From contig CM022670.1 in assembly GCA_012295275.1 (NCBI GenBank), positions 14,012,001 through 14,076,000 on the forward strand: DNA of 64,000 nt. Reading direction: 5' to 3'. The DNA comes from Chrysomallon squamiferum (lineage: Eukaryota > Animalia > Mollusca). Positions within the stretch are counted from its first letter, which is position 1; each line of letters opens with the position of its first letter. The translations under genes and the position numbers were made by a program. The notes under the pieces were generated by a model. That model was not told the origin of the DNA. It made no database searches and was given only the letters and a program-made list of their open reading frames with translations. Shown here piece after piece: positions 13,237 through 27,644 of the stretch.

Positions 13237-16200
13237 CTACCAGCCAAATTCATCATCAGATGCTGGTGAGCTGTAAAAAAAGAAAAAAGAAAAAAAAGAA
13301 GATGAATTTAATATCATGAATAGAAAAGAGAAAAAATAATAGATGTAACCATAAACAAATAACTAAAGCAGATACAAAGAATTTAATAAATAAAAAAATA
13401 CATAAAAATAAAAAAGAATACAGCTAGAAAGAAGATACAATTTAACAAATGACAAAATGTAACAAAGTTTCCTAGCGGTTTCAAAATGAAGTTTAAACTG
13501 TAACATACAAAACTGAAATATATTCCTCTAACAAAAAATGTACACCATGTATCATTAAGGTCTTAAATTAATTCAATTTAATGTCAGATTATTATTCTGC
13601 TGTGTTCATACACAGGCGTACAAGATATATTAAATGCAAATAATGGCACCTTTAGGGACACATACTACAAACAACTTCATCCAGTAAATTTTCTGAAAAC
13701 ATGATAGTATGTCAGTCTGTCAGTGATAGTCATGTTTTGTTACTGATAACAACAATACTTATAACCATATGACAAATGTTGTGTATCTTTTAGAAAGTTC
13801 TGGAGGGCATTAATGAATGCACATCTAAATAAAAATATAATGAATATAAATGAATAGTGTTACTTTGTTCATTTTAATTTTTAATTTGATTTGCTTTTGT
13901 TGTTCTGTCCAAGAAATATGGCACCTGATTTTGAAACATGATGACACTACAATCATTATTTTTCATTTCATTTTGATTTATCTACACTAACCACAGTACT
14001 GGAATGCAGTTACAATATGAAACAAAAATATCACCTCTTTTTTTCAGGTGCTGATATTTCACTGTCAGACTGGTTTGAGCTGGTTTCCTGTAAATTTAGA
14101 AAAAAAATAAAAAATAAAAATATAAATAAAATAAAATAAATAAATTAAAATAAAATAAAATAATATAAAATAAATAAATTAAAATGATAAAATACTAGGA
14201 ATAGTTAAGAGGATCCTTCCATTATAAGCTTTTAAAAAATGTATTTACAACAGTTATTATAGGTACCAATACAATAACCTCTTGAACAGAAGAAAATTAA
14301 AAGGTCTGTTTTTGTAGCTAGTAATAATGAAATCTACTCACAGCATTTCCTTTAGACCAATTACTGACAGCCTTTTTTTCAACTGGCTGAAAAATACAAT
14401 TTAGCATAACTAATCACCTGATAAGAAATGATTTAATTTAAATTTTTTTTTTTTTTTTTTTTCCTGTGGTTGGATGTGAGAGATTATAATACAACATTAT
14501 CAGTAAAAGTTGAGATTATTTTCTTTAATTTATAATACTAAGTAGATGAAGCCTTGGATCTACCTCGGGAGATACAGAATTTTATTCCATCTTTTGTGTG
14601 TAACTAAACATCTAATGATAATGAAACAGTAATTCAACACAACTTTCTTAAGATACATTTAAATAAAAATGCATTTGTTAAGGAGACATTCAATTACTTT
14701 TATTTTAAACAAATAACTTCATTCTTAAGCAATTGAATTTAAAGATAAGCAGGAATGTTAATCTCAACTGTAATTGGTACTACAGTCTGTTCTTAAGATG
14801 CATCCAACTGTATAATGTTAAACAATTATAGAGGAAAAGCATTAGCGTAAACTCTCTCAAAAGTGTATTATTAAATTCAGTTAATATTTCTGCTATTTGT
14901 CAGTAAATTCAAGATGGCTGTCTTACATTTCTTCACTGTAGGATTTTTAATTCACATTTAATTCTTGATAACTCTGTTTTTGAGAACTATTTTGAGTCAA
15001 ATATATTTTGTATGTTGAATGTGGCGTAACAGTGTATTTATAAAATCAAGATGTCTGTTCAGTGTGTTTGGAAAATCAAGATGTCTGTTCAGTGTGTTTG
15101 GAAAATCAAGATGTCTGTTCAGTGTGTTTGAAAAATCAAGATGTCTGTTCAGTGTGTTTGTAAAATCAAGATGTCTGTTCAGTGTGTTTGGAAAATCAAA
15201 ATGTCTGTTCAGCAGGTTTGGAAAATGAAAATGGTTGTGCAGTGCATTTGTATGTTTGTAAAATCAAGATGGCTACCTGTTTTTCCTTTTCTTTCTGCTG
15301 TTGAACTAAACTCATGTACTTCTGCATTAAAGGGTCTATTTCCTCCATTTCTTGTTTCTCTTCTTTTTTCTCAGTTTTATCTTCTTCCACTTTTTCTGCT
15401 GTGCCTGTTTTTGGTGCCTATTGGAGACAATCAAAATTACATTGTGGAGGTGGAATTTACTTCTTTTTAAACAAAGAAAAGAGGGTCACTGAGAAACACC
15501 AGGCAGGAATAGAGAGGCTCAGTGGTAATTGCAGTGAACATTTTATTTGGTGTTTTAGCTTGAATGGCTATGCAAATTTCAGAGAATGCTATTCATTTAT
15601 AAAATGTATCTCATAATCTCGCTGTCTGTATTCTGACAGTGTTAAATTGTTGGCATCATTAAAACTGTGAAAAGAAGACATTCCCTGATACTGTATGTAA
15701 GTCAGCTGATGTCAGTTTGCAGCAATGGAGCTTTAAGCATCCCTTAAAATAGTTTACTTGTTTAATGTGTCTGTCATGAATAAATGACTTAAGTTGTAAA
15801 TTATAAAAAGCCACATGGATTATTACTGATCTTACCATGTTATACACCTCAGCAGACTACTACTACTACTACAACTGCTACTACATCTACTGTTATTATA
15901 ACCACCACCACCACCACTACTACTATTACAACTATTATTACTACTACCACTTATACTATTATTCTCCAACTAGACTGTATTTATCTATTCTATAACCACT
16001 TATTTCGATGACCAAATTAAAGCAAAGTCATAACTATACTGGTTATGACTACTGATGTTGTGTCCAATATGACAAACATCCTATGTTTTTGATCTCTACA
16101 TCCAACATCACACATAGAGAACAAAAACAAAAAAAAAATTCATTATACTAGTCACATAATACTGGGGAAGGGAAACAGGCTTTGAAGAAACATGATCCTA

Positions 16201-16736
16201 TAAACCAATGTGTCTCAAAGCACTATAATTATTCTACAACAAGTGTGTAGCAGTGAGGATTCTTTTACCTCTAATTCTTTTAGCTTCTGCTGTTCTCTCT
16301 CCCAAGCCTCCTCCTCAAGTCTGCGTCTCTCTGCCTCCCTCCTCTGTCTCTCTTCTTCCCAGATTCTCTGTTGTTGTTCCTCTTGCTTTGCCCTCTCTGC
16401 TTTCTTCTTTTCCTCTGTATGAATAAATTTATCTTCGAAACATTTTTACAATGATAATGACAATAACAATAATAAATGTGATAAAATTATGAATTTGATA
16501 CTTTTCTAATATAAAAAAAGAAATCAGCATAATAATAATAATATTATTAACAACAACAACAACAACAACAAAATATTAATAAATGTGTTGATAAATTTAT
16601 GAATTTGTTATTTTTCTAACAACAAGCATGGTGCATATTATTTGAAAAAAAAAAAAAAACCTTTAATAAATAAAACAAGAAATAAAAATAAAAATAAAAA
16701 TAAAAATAAAATACAAATAAAAATAACAATAATATG

Positions 16737-16787
<51 letters not shown>

Positions 16788-18016
16788 TTAGTAATAACAA
16801 CAATAAACACTGATATTTTACTGTGCTTAAAAACTGACTAACCACTTTCCCAAGCACTGTCAAGTGACAGATGAGGCAAGGTTGATGGGGTGTTTTGACT
16901 GCTTTTCCAGGCAGAATCAAGTGAAACAGTTGGTAAGGTTGTTGCAGGCACATTTTGATTGCTCTTCCACACTGCATCAAGAGAAGGTTGTGCCATTCCT
17001 GTTGGTCTCTGGGTTTCCGTTGCGTTCGTAGTTTTGTTTTCTGAAAGGTAAAATTAACCTAAATACTTATAATTTGATAAGTAATCAACTTTTTACAATA
17101 TTTGTGGTCTTACTACAACAGTAACATTTTTTTTTAATAAAATATCTTAAAGTTAGAAATATTGATGAGAGGTTTAAAACAGCAACAAATCAGCTCACCA
17201 TTGTCTGGAGTGTGTCCTGCACTTGACTCAGAACCACCAACAACAACAATACTTGGTGAACCTGGACGTTCTTCTAAATCTGACACAGTGATAGGACGAG
17301 ACTTTTCTTTTCTGGCAACACTTCAAAAAAACACAAAAAAAACAACAAATGAATGTCATAATTTTTAATATCATGTTAATACAATCGTCAAAATTTTACT
17401 TTTATTTTCATATTAAGCACATAAATATAAACACGAACCACAAAAAAAAAAAAAGAAAAAAAGAACAGAAGTAAAAAAAAAAAACAGAAAGAAAAATATA
17501 TAATGTAAAAACAATTTTATCAGAGTATGTTTTATATATTTCTGATTGTTTGATTTGTTATAGAAACTGACCTTGCTAATATCAGTATATGCTAGTAATA
17601 TAACAAAACTTGAGTAAATATATTATGTTCCTGCTTTTAATAGAAACTGTTATTTTATAAACTTCATTTATTTTTATTTTGTTTCTTATTACCTTTAAAT
17701 AAAACAACTTTTATATAAAACAATTATAATAAAATAGCAAATACTATTAGTAATAATAATTAATAATTAAAAAACAATAAAATAAAATAAAAATAAACTT
17801 ACACATGGCTTGTCTGAACTTCATTTACAGACATGTTAGAAATGTCAAATTTTGGAATTGGTTGTTGTGATTCTGTTTTCATTCTGTCCTTGACTCCATT
17901 CAGCTCCTCAAAACTATCTACATTTACAAAGGCATAAATAAATAAATAAATAAAATATATGTCCACACATATATACACACAGTTATACACATACATACAT
18001 ACATATACTTAAATAT

Positions 18017-18077
<61 letters not shown>

Positions 18078-18946
18078 CACACAAACACATAAATATATAT
18101 ATATATATATACACACATATATGTATGTACACATTTCTATTTGAAAAAACAAACTGATAATAATAAATATTACATTAACATAGAGATATTTATGAGAAGA
18201 AAATGGTTCTTATTAAAAATACAAATGTAAAATACCATCTTCATATACATACATACATATCTTGTTTCTATTTGAGGACATTGGGCGTTCATGGGAAATA
18301 ATCAAATGTCTTGTCTGGTTAGAATAATAATTTATGATGACGTTGAAATGATGATGATTAAAATCATAATAAATGTAAAACTGTCATCTTCAAGAAGAAC
18401 AATGACAATGATAATAACTTGAAGAAGAAATAAACACAATGATAATAACAAGAAGATAACAATGACAATGCTAATAACAAGAAGAACCTAGAACAATGAC
18501 AATGATAATAACAAGAACAAGAATGATAATAATAAGAACAACAATGACAATGATAATAACAAGTGAGTAAGTAATAAATCACAATAATAAAATATATCTT
18601 CTCATAAACATATAATAAAAATTATACCAAATAATTTTATCAAATAATTTTAAAGAAAATAATGAATAAAAAAATTGTTTTAAAATTAATACCAATTAGA
18701 TATTTCTTTCTCAAACAACTAAAAAAAAAAAACAACAATTTGAAACTGTTTTGTAATTATTTTTTTTTAAAAATGACTAACTGAGAATGATGCATGAACA
18801 TATAAATATATAAATTATTATACTTTTACTTTGTGAAATTACAAGTGGATCAGGAATGGCTGCTACATTTGTAATCTGATGATGGAAATCCTGGTAGGCT
18901 TGATCCAAATTCTGAGAAAAAAGAAAGAAAAAAAGGTTATATAAAA

Positions 18947-18977
<31 letters not shown>

Positions 18978-18985
18978 ATATATAA

Positions 18986-19039
<54 letters not shown>

Positions 19040-22000
19040 TAATAATAATAATAAGAAAAATAATATGAATAATAAGAATAATGTAACAATTTTATGTAAC
19101 TACAAAAAGTATGAAATGATAATGCAAATGATATTCTAATAATTATGGTTGACTTAATAATATGATTCATCTATAACACAATTCTCATCCTCAAAAATTG
19201 GCCTAAGATAACAACAGTTTGCAAATAATCAATAAAAAAAAAAAAAATATATAAAAAGGAATACAAGAATTCTAGGACATAATCACTAACAATGATATAA
19301 TCTCTAAGAGGATTGCCACTCTTCAAACTGCAAGAACACAAACAATAACAAAGATCTAGTACAGGAGGACTGCCACTCTTCAGATCACCAGCACAAACCA
19401 CTAAGAATAGAATATCTTTAGGAATACCATTCTGGTAATAACTTCACCGAATAATACTTATTTATAATCTATGCTATTCCAATATTCTTTGAACATAATG
19501 ATAATTAATATAATTGGAAACTGAAAATAACTTGAACTGAAAATTTTGGGAACTAAAAGGTGCCCATACGTTTGCTTCTTTTTCTAAGGTCTTTAATCTG
19601 TATTTTGCTTCAGCTATCACATCACAAGAAGCATTTGATGATATATCTTCTTCCTCGGAAAACAAACTGAATCGTTTTGGCAGAACAGACTCCACATCTA
19701 ATTCTACATCATTGTAAACATCCTTGTCCTCAAAGCGCAGATGTGGCGAGCGAGCTCGGTTGCTATGGAAACTTGCTTCATGATCACATGATGTTCTTAA
19801 AACATGTGAGAGGTCGACTGATCTGAAATCGTGATGCAAAATTCGGTGCTTTAATCGTGACAAGAACATAAATATTAATTATAAGAAAAAAATGTTATTA
19901 TTAAAATTAAAGAATTTTATTTTTAAAAGAAAAAATAATATAAGAAAAAAAAATTATTAAAATTAAAGAATTTTATTTTTAAAAGAAAAAAAATAATAAA
20001 GGATAAAATGAAGATTTGATTTATTAATATTAAATAATCTCATAAGATATATTAAAAAAAGAAAAGTTGCTTCTTGTCTTTTCTTCCTCCTGTTGCTTTT
20101 GTTTGTTACTCAATCATCTTTATTTTTTCAACTGTTAAACACGCACAACTTTTTAAAAATAAAACAAAAACAAAAACTACAGTGTTATTACACAAACCTT
20201 GCATCATCTCCACCAGGGGCTTTTCTGTACACTTCATTGTTCAGAGCTAGAAAAAAATAAAAAATAAAATGAAATAAAATAAAATAAAATGAAATAAAAA
20301 TATATAGACAGTTAATTAAAATAAATAAATATTTAACATTCTTTATATCAAAAAATTATTTAAAAAACAATGGATATTCATTGATTTAATGTATCTTGAT
20401 TCATACCTTTACTGATAAAATAAATCCATTTACCTTGGTTTGTCATAGCCAAATGCTGACGTAAGTCAACAACTTCACGATTCATTTCTTTCATTTGCAG
20501 TGTCTGCTCTTCATAATGCTGCACCATTTCTCGATTTCTGTCAATCTGTACAAAGAAAGAAAGAAAAAATAGAATTAAAAATAGAGATCAGAAAACGTAA
20601 AAATAAAAATATCATTACTGATATGAAAATAAAGACATTTTTCTTACATATTTTATTATTAACAGTTATTTTGTGCTGAACATGATTTTCGTAAAATTAT
20701 ATGAGAAATGAAAATACCTATCACTACAACATGGGCTTTCATTATCAACAGTATATGAGGCCTGTTTCCACAGACAGACATGCAGAAACCATTGTTAACA
20801 AATACACATTTAGAAAAAAGCCAAAAGATTGCACAGATTACTGATCAAAAAGATACAACAGATTAATAAAAGAGCCATATGGCACTGGCTGTGATGAGAA
20901 ACAATTTTAAGCATGTTTGATCTTGTGATTTCCTCCTCAAGAAACCAACAAGCCAGGAAGTTTCTGCGACTTAGAGAAAGATGAAGGAGTTTACCTCTTC
21001 TTTGAGCCGTGCCTCTAGCAGCTGTTTCTGTTGCTGGAAGACAATCTGCTCCTGTCTCAGACTCTCTCTCGCTCTCTCCAGATCTCTCTGTAACATCAGA
21101 GTCTCAGGAGTTGGTCGTCGTAGCTCTCTCATTAACTCCTCCTGTCCTGAAAACAGTACAAGAAAATAAGTTGTTAAAATGGGGATGACGTGTTTGATTT
21201 TCTTCATGGTTTTACAAATGAAAGAACATGATAAAGATACAATTTAATTTTCAAAAGAAACAGAGTATTATTTTAAAAGAAAAACAGATAAAGAAAAAGA
21301 AAAAAAAAAATGTTGAAGTTTATCTTGGTTTTTAAGTTCTGTCATACATTTTAAAAAATTACTTGATAAAAATATGCTTTAGTTTACAACAGAAACACTT
21401 TATAATAAATTATTATTATTTTTTTTTTTACATTGTTAATGTATACATTGATTTTTAAGCTACATAATACATTTTAACAGAGCATGTTAAAGTGTAACAC
21501 GAATAAATCACTTAAATACATTTCATATATTCCAAGTGAAAATTTGCATCTGGACATAAACCTGGCATCTGCTCATACTTAATGAATTAATTGCAGATTA
21601 GAAAAAACATGTAAACAGTCCCCAGTAGACAAGATGAAACAACTTTACAATAATTTATTCAGTATATAAGATTTTTAATTTATAATATAATGCAACAAAA
21701 ACACAATATCATTTGAAAATTATTTAATTCAGCTGATACCGAATTTTCAAATATGAAATCTGTACAAGAGTATGCTATCACTCTAACTAAAATAAAACTT
21801 ACTTCCTCTTTCTCGCTCATTCATTGTCAAAAGTTCAGATAATCTCCTGAAATCAAGTTAATATAATGCAAATGTGAAAATTATACTATTACAATTTTAA
21901 AACAAATATTTCTGTCAAACACTTATGTTTTTTGGGGGTGTTTAATATGAAAATAAATTTCTGAAAATAATTTAGTCAGAAACAAATATCCATTAAATTC

Positions 22001-23537
22001 TATTTTTATATGGGTAAAATTAATTTCTGAAAAATCCAAAATATCATCTTTTTTTTAGGCTGATCATGAAGATCAAAAGTAAAAATATTTTTTTCTATAA
22101 TTTTATACATCTTTGTACACATCATTTAGAAGGATAAAACAAGAAAAAGTTTCAACATACGTTCGAAGAGTCTCCAACTCATTTCTCATTAAAGCATTTT
22201 GTTCCTTCAGCACACTGTAGTCTGACATCTAATACAGATTTAAAAAATAAGAAAAAACAGTTAACTTACAATATTCACTGTTAATCAAATAATATAGTGC
22301 ACTGGATAAAATTACCTATACTGTGTTGTTCTGTACTTACTACAAATATGTTGTCCGACTGTACGAGTGCAATAATAACCAATGAATTTGTATACTAAAA
22401 TGCTCAAATACATTTAATTACCTCCTTTGTTATGGATCAAAATAGTCATAAAATATAATGTTGTATAATGTACAAGATAATCAATTTTATGAATTTTATT
22501 TTTGCTGTAAAATCAGGTTATGGTTTTTTTAAACCAAAATTTATGAATAAAATTATTAACACATTTATAAACGTTCCCAAACCTTAAAAAAATAAAATAA
22601 AATAAATAAAAAATTAGACATCTGAGAAGAATAGTTGTCTCCTTATTACATAACTATTTTATTATGTGTTTTTTTGTTTTTTTTTAAATTCACATAAAAT
22701 CCAAAACATCAACTGTTCAACAACTTTTCATGCATTATGGTCAACAGCCACATATAATTTAATTTTATGTGTTTTTCTTCATGCATTAAACAATTCCACA
22801 ATCAACTCACATCTCTAAGTTTGGCATTAATAAACTCATTCTGTCTTGTTGCTGTGACTTCAGAATGTCTCAGTTGCTGTGTTAGAGTCTATAAAATAAA
22901 AACAATTAAAATTAATTTAATACACTGTTGTGTAGACTATATGGCTTACACGAGGAATTAAAATCTACATGTTAATTTTTAAAATTTATTAATTAATATA
23001 TATATACTTTTTTTTTTCTTTTTTTTTAAATTCTTATCCTGTTTCTATTATTATATCATAAGAGGAATTAAAATCAATATTCAGTCTTTAATTTTTTTAA
23101 TTTTTACTGATTGATAGTTTTCATTAAAACAGTACAGCTTCCAGAGTAATCTGTCAGAACACCAGTTTCATATAGGGCAGTACTTTATTAACTGCACATA
23201 AAAAGTACAATAAGCATTTCTCTTTTACTTAATGCTTCGAAATTCAAATTTTTTTTTTACTGAAAACTGAAATATATTTATCCAGAATTATAAAATACAT
23301 CTCTTGTTTATTCTGATTGTTGTTGATAGGATGACAAAAGGAGACTTACTTCTAGTTCATTAATTCTGTGAGTTTTATCTCTCAACTCATCTTTGAAGGT
23401 CTGAATTTTATCTTTCTCCTCAGAAACAATTCTCTCCATTTCTGAAACAGATAAAATTTTACAGTGAATTACAATCCTAGTTTTGATATTTTTAATTGTT
23501 TTTTTATATCTATCTATGTGTGTGTGTGTGCGTGTGC

Positions 23538-23597
<60 letters not shown>

Positions 23598-26500
23598 ATA
23601 TTTTATTTTATTTTTTTTTGCTGTTTAAAAGAGATACTGACAATATTCAATTAAAAACAAAAAATCAAAACTGGTTCTCAAATGTATGAATCAGAAAAGA
23701 TTAAAGAAAAAAATCAATAATTTAAAATGTACCATGTATTTTGTCAGATGAATAATTTACTGTAACAACTATTTATACAGTAATTCTATTATCAATATGA
23801 AAACAATTTTAAATATAATACTTTTTTCAAAAAAAAAGATTAAATCTTTACCTTTAATTCTGGCTTCTCTCACTTCCAAATTTTGTGTTCTTTCAATAAA
23901 CCTGGCCTGTGTATCCAGCTTAAATCTGTAAACAAAATATTTTACAAACCAACAATGACTGGTTTACAAGCAGAACCTATATCATATTATTTAAATTGTC
24001 TACTGCCACAAAGATATAATATTATGTTAAAATGATAGGTAAATAATTTATATTGAAAGGTTTACTGCCATAAACATATATTTTATATTAAGAAAAGGTA
24101 TCTTTTATAGTTGTATAGTTAGGTAAGGAGATCTATGTTTAGAAAAAAATTTAAAAATAATAATAATAATAATAATAATAACAATAACAATAATAAAATT
24201 ATAAAAACTAAAATAATAGCAAAAACATTTAATATTTTTTAACTTCAAAAAGAAATCTGGTTAAATATATTTTTAATTGTCATTATTTCGTAAACAAGTT
24301 CTTTGATTTGTTTAAAAAAGCATAATTATGATATTAAATGATTCAACAACTTGTAATAAACTGATTTTTAAATGGTTAAAGTAAACAGTTTTAGCTGTAA
24401 AATGTAATTTAAGTGATTACGCACTGAGACATGCTGTTCTGCAGTCTCTGCTCAAACTCGATTTCTTTACGTTTCACTTCCTGTTCTCTTCTCCGCATCT
24501 CTTCTTCCTTCGCCTTCATCCTCTCTTCCATCAGTTTCTTCTCTCTAACAACAAGCAAATACATTTCATTTAATCATTTTTTGCTATTTATAAAAATACA
24601 AAACCATAATATCTCATTTACTTTATTTTATCTTATTAATATTTGTTATTATTATTATAATTAAAAAAAAAAAAAAAAAAAATTTGATAACTTCTTTTTA
24701 TCATATTAAAACACAGTAAAGTAAAATTTTGGTCATTTCTTTTTACTGTTCTTAAAATAAAATAAAAACAATATAATTCATTTGATTTTTAATTGCAATA
24801 GAAATAAATATAATAAAGTCTTGACGTTTTCCCCACCATTTATTAACATCATTATAAAATGAATTATATTTAATAAGCCTTTCTGCTCCAATCAAATTGG
24901 AAGTAGCTGCTAATATAGTGACAGACAGACAGACAAATAGGTGCTTTTTCCAAAGAAACATAACAGCTACCTTGTGTTTAATTCCATTTCCCTCTTCAAT
25001 TCATTTTCTCTCTGTCGAACGCATTCTATTTCTTCCAGAATTATCTGCCTTTGCGTGAAATTTTCTTTTTCATGCATCTACATAACATAAACAAACAACA
25101 GAATTATTTCGAAATGTTTTGTTAATTAAAATTAATTCATATTAACTTGATTGTAAAACCTTTTAATGTCAGGCAGTGATGAAAATCACTGGAAATAAAT
25201 ACAATAACATTCACATACAATGAATTTGCGTTTAGATCAAACATCTAGTGTAAATCTACATTCATTGGCCCTGAATCTATCCTCACAATTTAATTAATTC
25301 AGTTATTTATGTAAAAAAAAAATCAATTCATTTCATTGTATTTGCTTGATTTAGTACTTTTTAATATTCTGATTACAATACATTATGAATAATGTACCTG
25401 CAAAATCTGAAATATCAAAATATTGTTTATTAGGTATATATAATAAACAGTGATATATCCTAAGTGTTCTTACCTCTTGTTCTGCCTTGATTCTTTCCAG
25501 TGAATGCCTCTCTCTCTCCACCAGTGAATCATATCTAGATTTGTACTCTCTCTCCAGCTACAATTAGAAAAAATTAAGTATAATTAAAGAATCTTCTTCT
25601 TCTTCTTCTTCTTCTTATTATTATTATTATGACTCATACTGTTTTGGTTAATTTTATTCTTTTTATCTTTTTATTATACACAATGATGTGTAATTAATAA
25701 ATAACTAAATAAGCTAAAGTAAGGATAAAACTTTGAAATAAAATTTGTAACACAGGTCAATCAGTCTGTTTGCAAAATGATTAATAAAACAAAATAACAC
25801 TTTTGGTTATTACGTTTGCAACTTACCTCTTTTCTTGTTCTGTTCAGTTCTCTCTGAAATTGTTCTTTTTCTTCCAGCCTTATTTTTGCAATTTCATTAT
25901 CTTTCATCCGGGCAAGCTTAAATGGAGGTAAAAGTTTACATATAAATTCTAGTGACATTGACAAATATTTGTTTCAACTCAAAATAATTAATACATTACT
26001 TTTTCAATCTTTTAGAGTAAATTTATGTTCTTTGTTGTACACCTTTGTAGGCACTGCAATCTATATCTGTGTTCTTTCATATATTCTAACATACCAGTTT
26101 CATAGTTTGAAATACACTTTTGGTAAATCAAATATTTCATAATGTCTTAAATCAACCGTTTTTGAACAGGACAGATAAATAATAAAACATAATTAAAATA
26201 TTGCTGCTGCTAGTGTAAATAATAAAGTTGTACCTCTCTCTTGAGTTCTGAGTTGTATCTGTCTTCTAATTGTCTCTGGTACAACAGGAGGCGATCTTCA
26301 ACAGCCACAGAGCCTGTTTTGATGTGATCTTCACGTTTTGATGAGTAGAATTCTTCCAGACTGTGCAACTTTTCATCTGAAACAGATTTTAGACAAGCAC
26401 AACGTCTTTATCCCATATCAGTGAAGCAGATACTAAAAGTAAACCTACAGCTACTGGTACAATATTTTTATTACAACTTCAGTAAATGTCTGTGTGGCTA

Positions 26501-26830
26501 ACTACAGGAATTTATACATTTTTAAATGCTGTAAAATTGTAAACAAAACTGATCTGAAGTAATTTATTGTATTCAGCACAACTTAGATGCAGGCTTATTA
26601 CCAGATGTGAGATACTTTACAATTCTTTTTAAAAAATATATATTTGTAATGTTTTGCTTCAAATGCTGATGTACTTGCTGACTGCCTGTTTATATTTCGC
26701 ATACTTAAACTGGAATGACTAATTAGGATTATCGTCTTAAACAGAATTATCAAATCACTTATGTTTATTTAAATGTGAAAAAAATAAATAACAAAAATAA
26801 ATCAAACAATAACAATAATGAGAAAAGCAT

Positions 26831-26889
<59 letters not shown>

Positions 26890-27603
26890 CAACAACAACA
26901 ACAATAAACAACATCAACAACAACAACAACAACAATACAAACAATAATAATTGATCTATAACTTAATACCCAATGAATTAACTGGTCCCATTTTAATAAG
27001 ATCAGTTTGCACTCCTGTTTCAAAGGTTGATCTGCTGTGAAGACTAGATATATCATGTAGTAATGTCCAAAGAAAACCTTCAAAAAAGAAAAAAAAAAAT
27101 ATGACCGACTACATTTAATAAATCAAAATATTTAAAATATAATAAGAAAAAGAAGAAGAAAAAGAAAATTTAGAAAACCTATTAAAAATGAAATTCAGTA
27201 TTTCACATGTAGATATAAATTCATATAATTGACTGCACAAAGAAAAATGAATATATTAAAAAAAAAAAAAGCGAAATGCAAAAATGTACATTTGTCTGTA
27301 CAACATTAAAATGCTAAAAACTAAAGATATACAAAGATTATAATTTGTGATAAAATATGAAAAAAGGTAAATGAATTTGTATCTACAGTTTTAATATATA
27401 ACAATCTTGATGTACTTTATATGCACATTAGCATTCTTAGATGTATTTGTATAGCATCTCCCTAAATGTCATTATTTTTCCACAAACATAATTTAACTTT
27501 ACAATAAAGAAAATGATCAAAAATGAATAAGTACTTAGTCTGTTAAGTGCCCTTTGAGATAAACTGAAACCTTTGTTAAAAATATAATAAATAAATAAAT
27601 AAA

Positions 27604-27644
<41 letters not shown>

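Noticed and set aside
26802-27083. ORF-track proteins MKVFFGHYY... (and 48588-48896)
   Set aside because: They are wrong-frame readings of OFD1 exon 5 extended into microsatellite.
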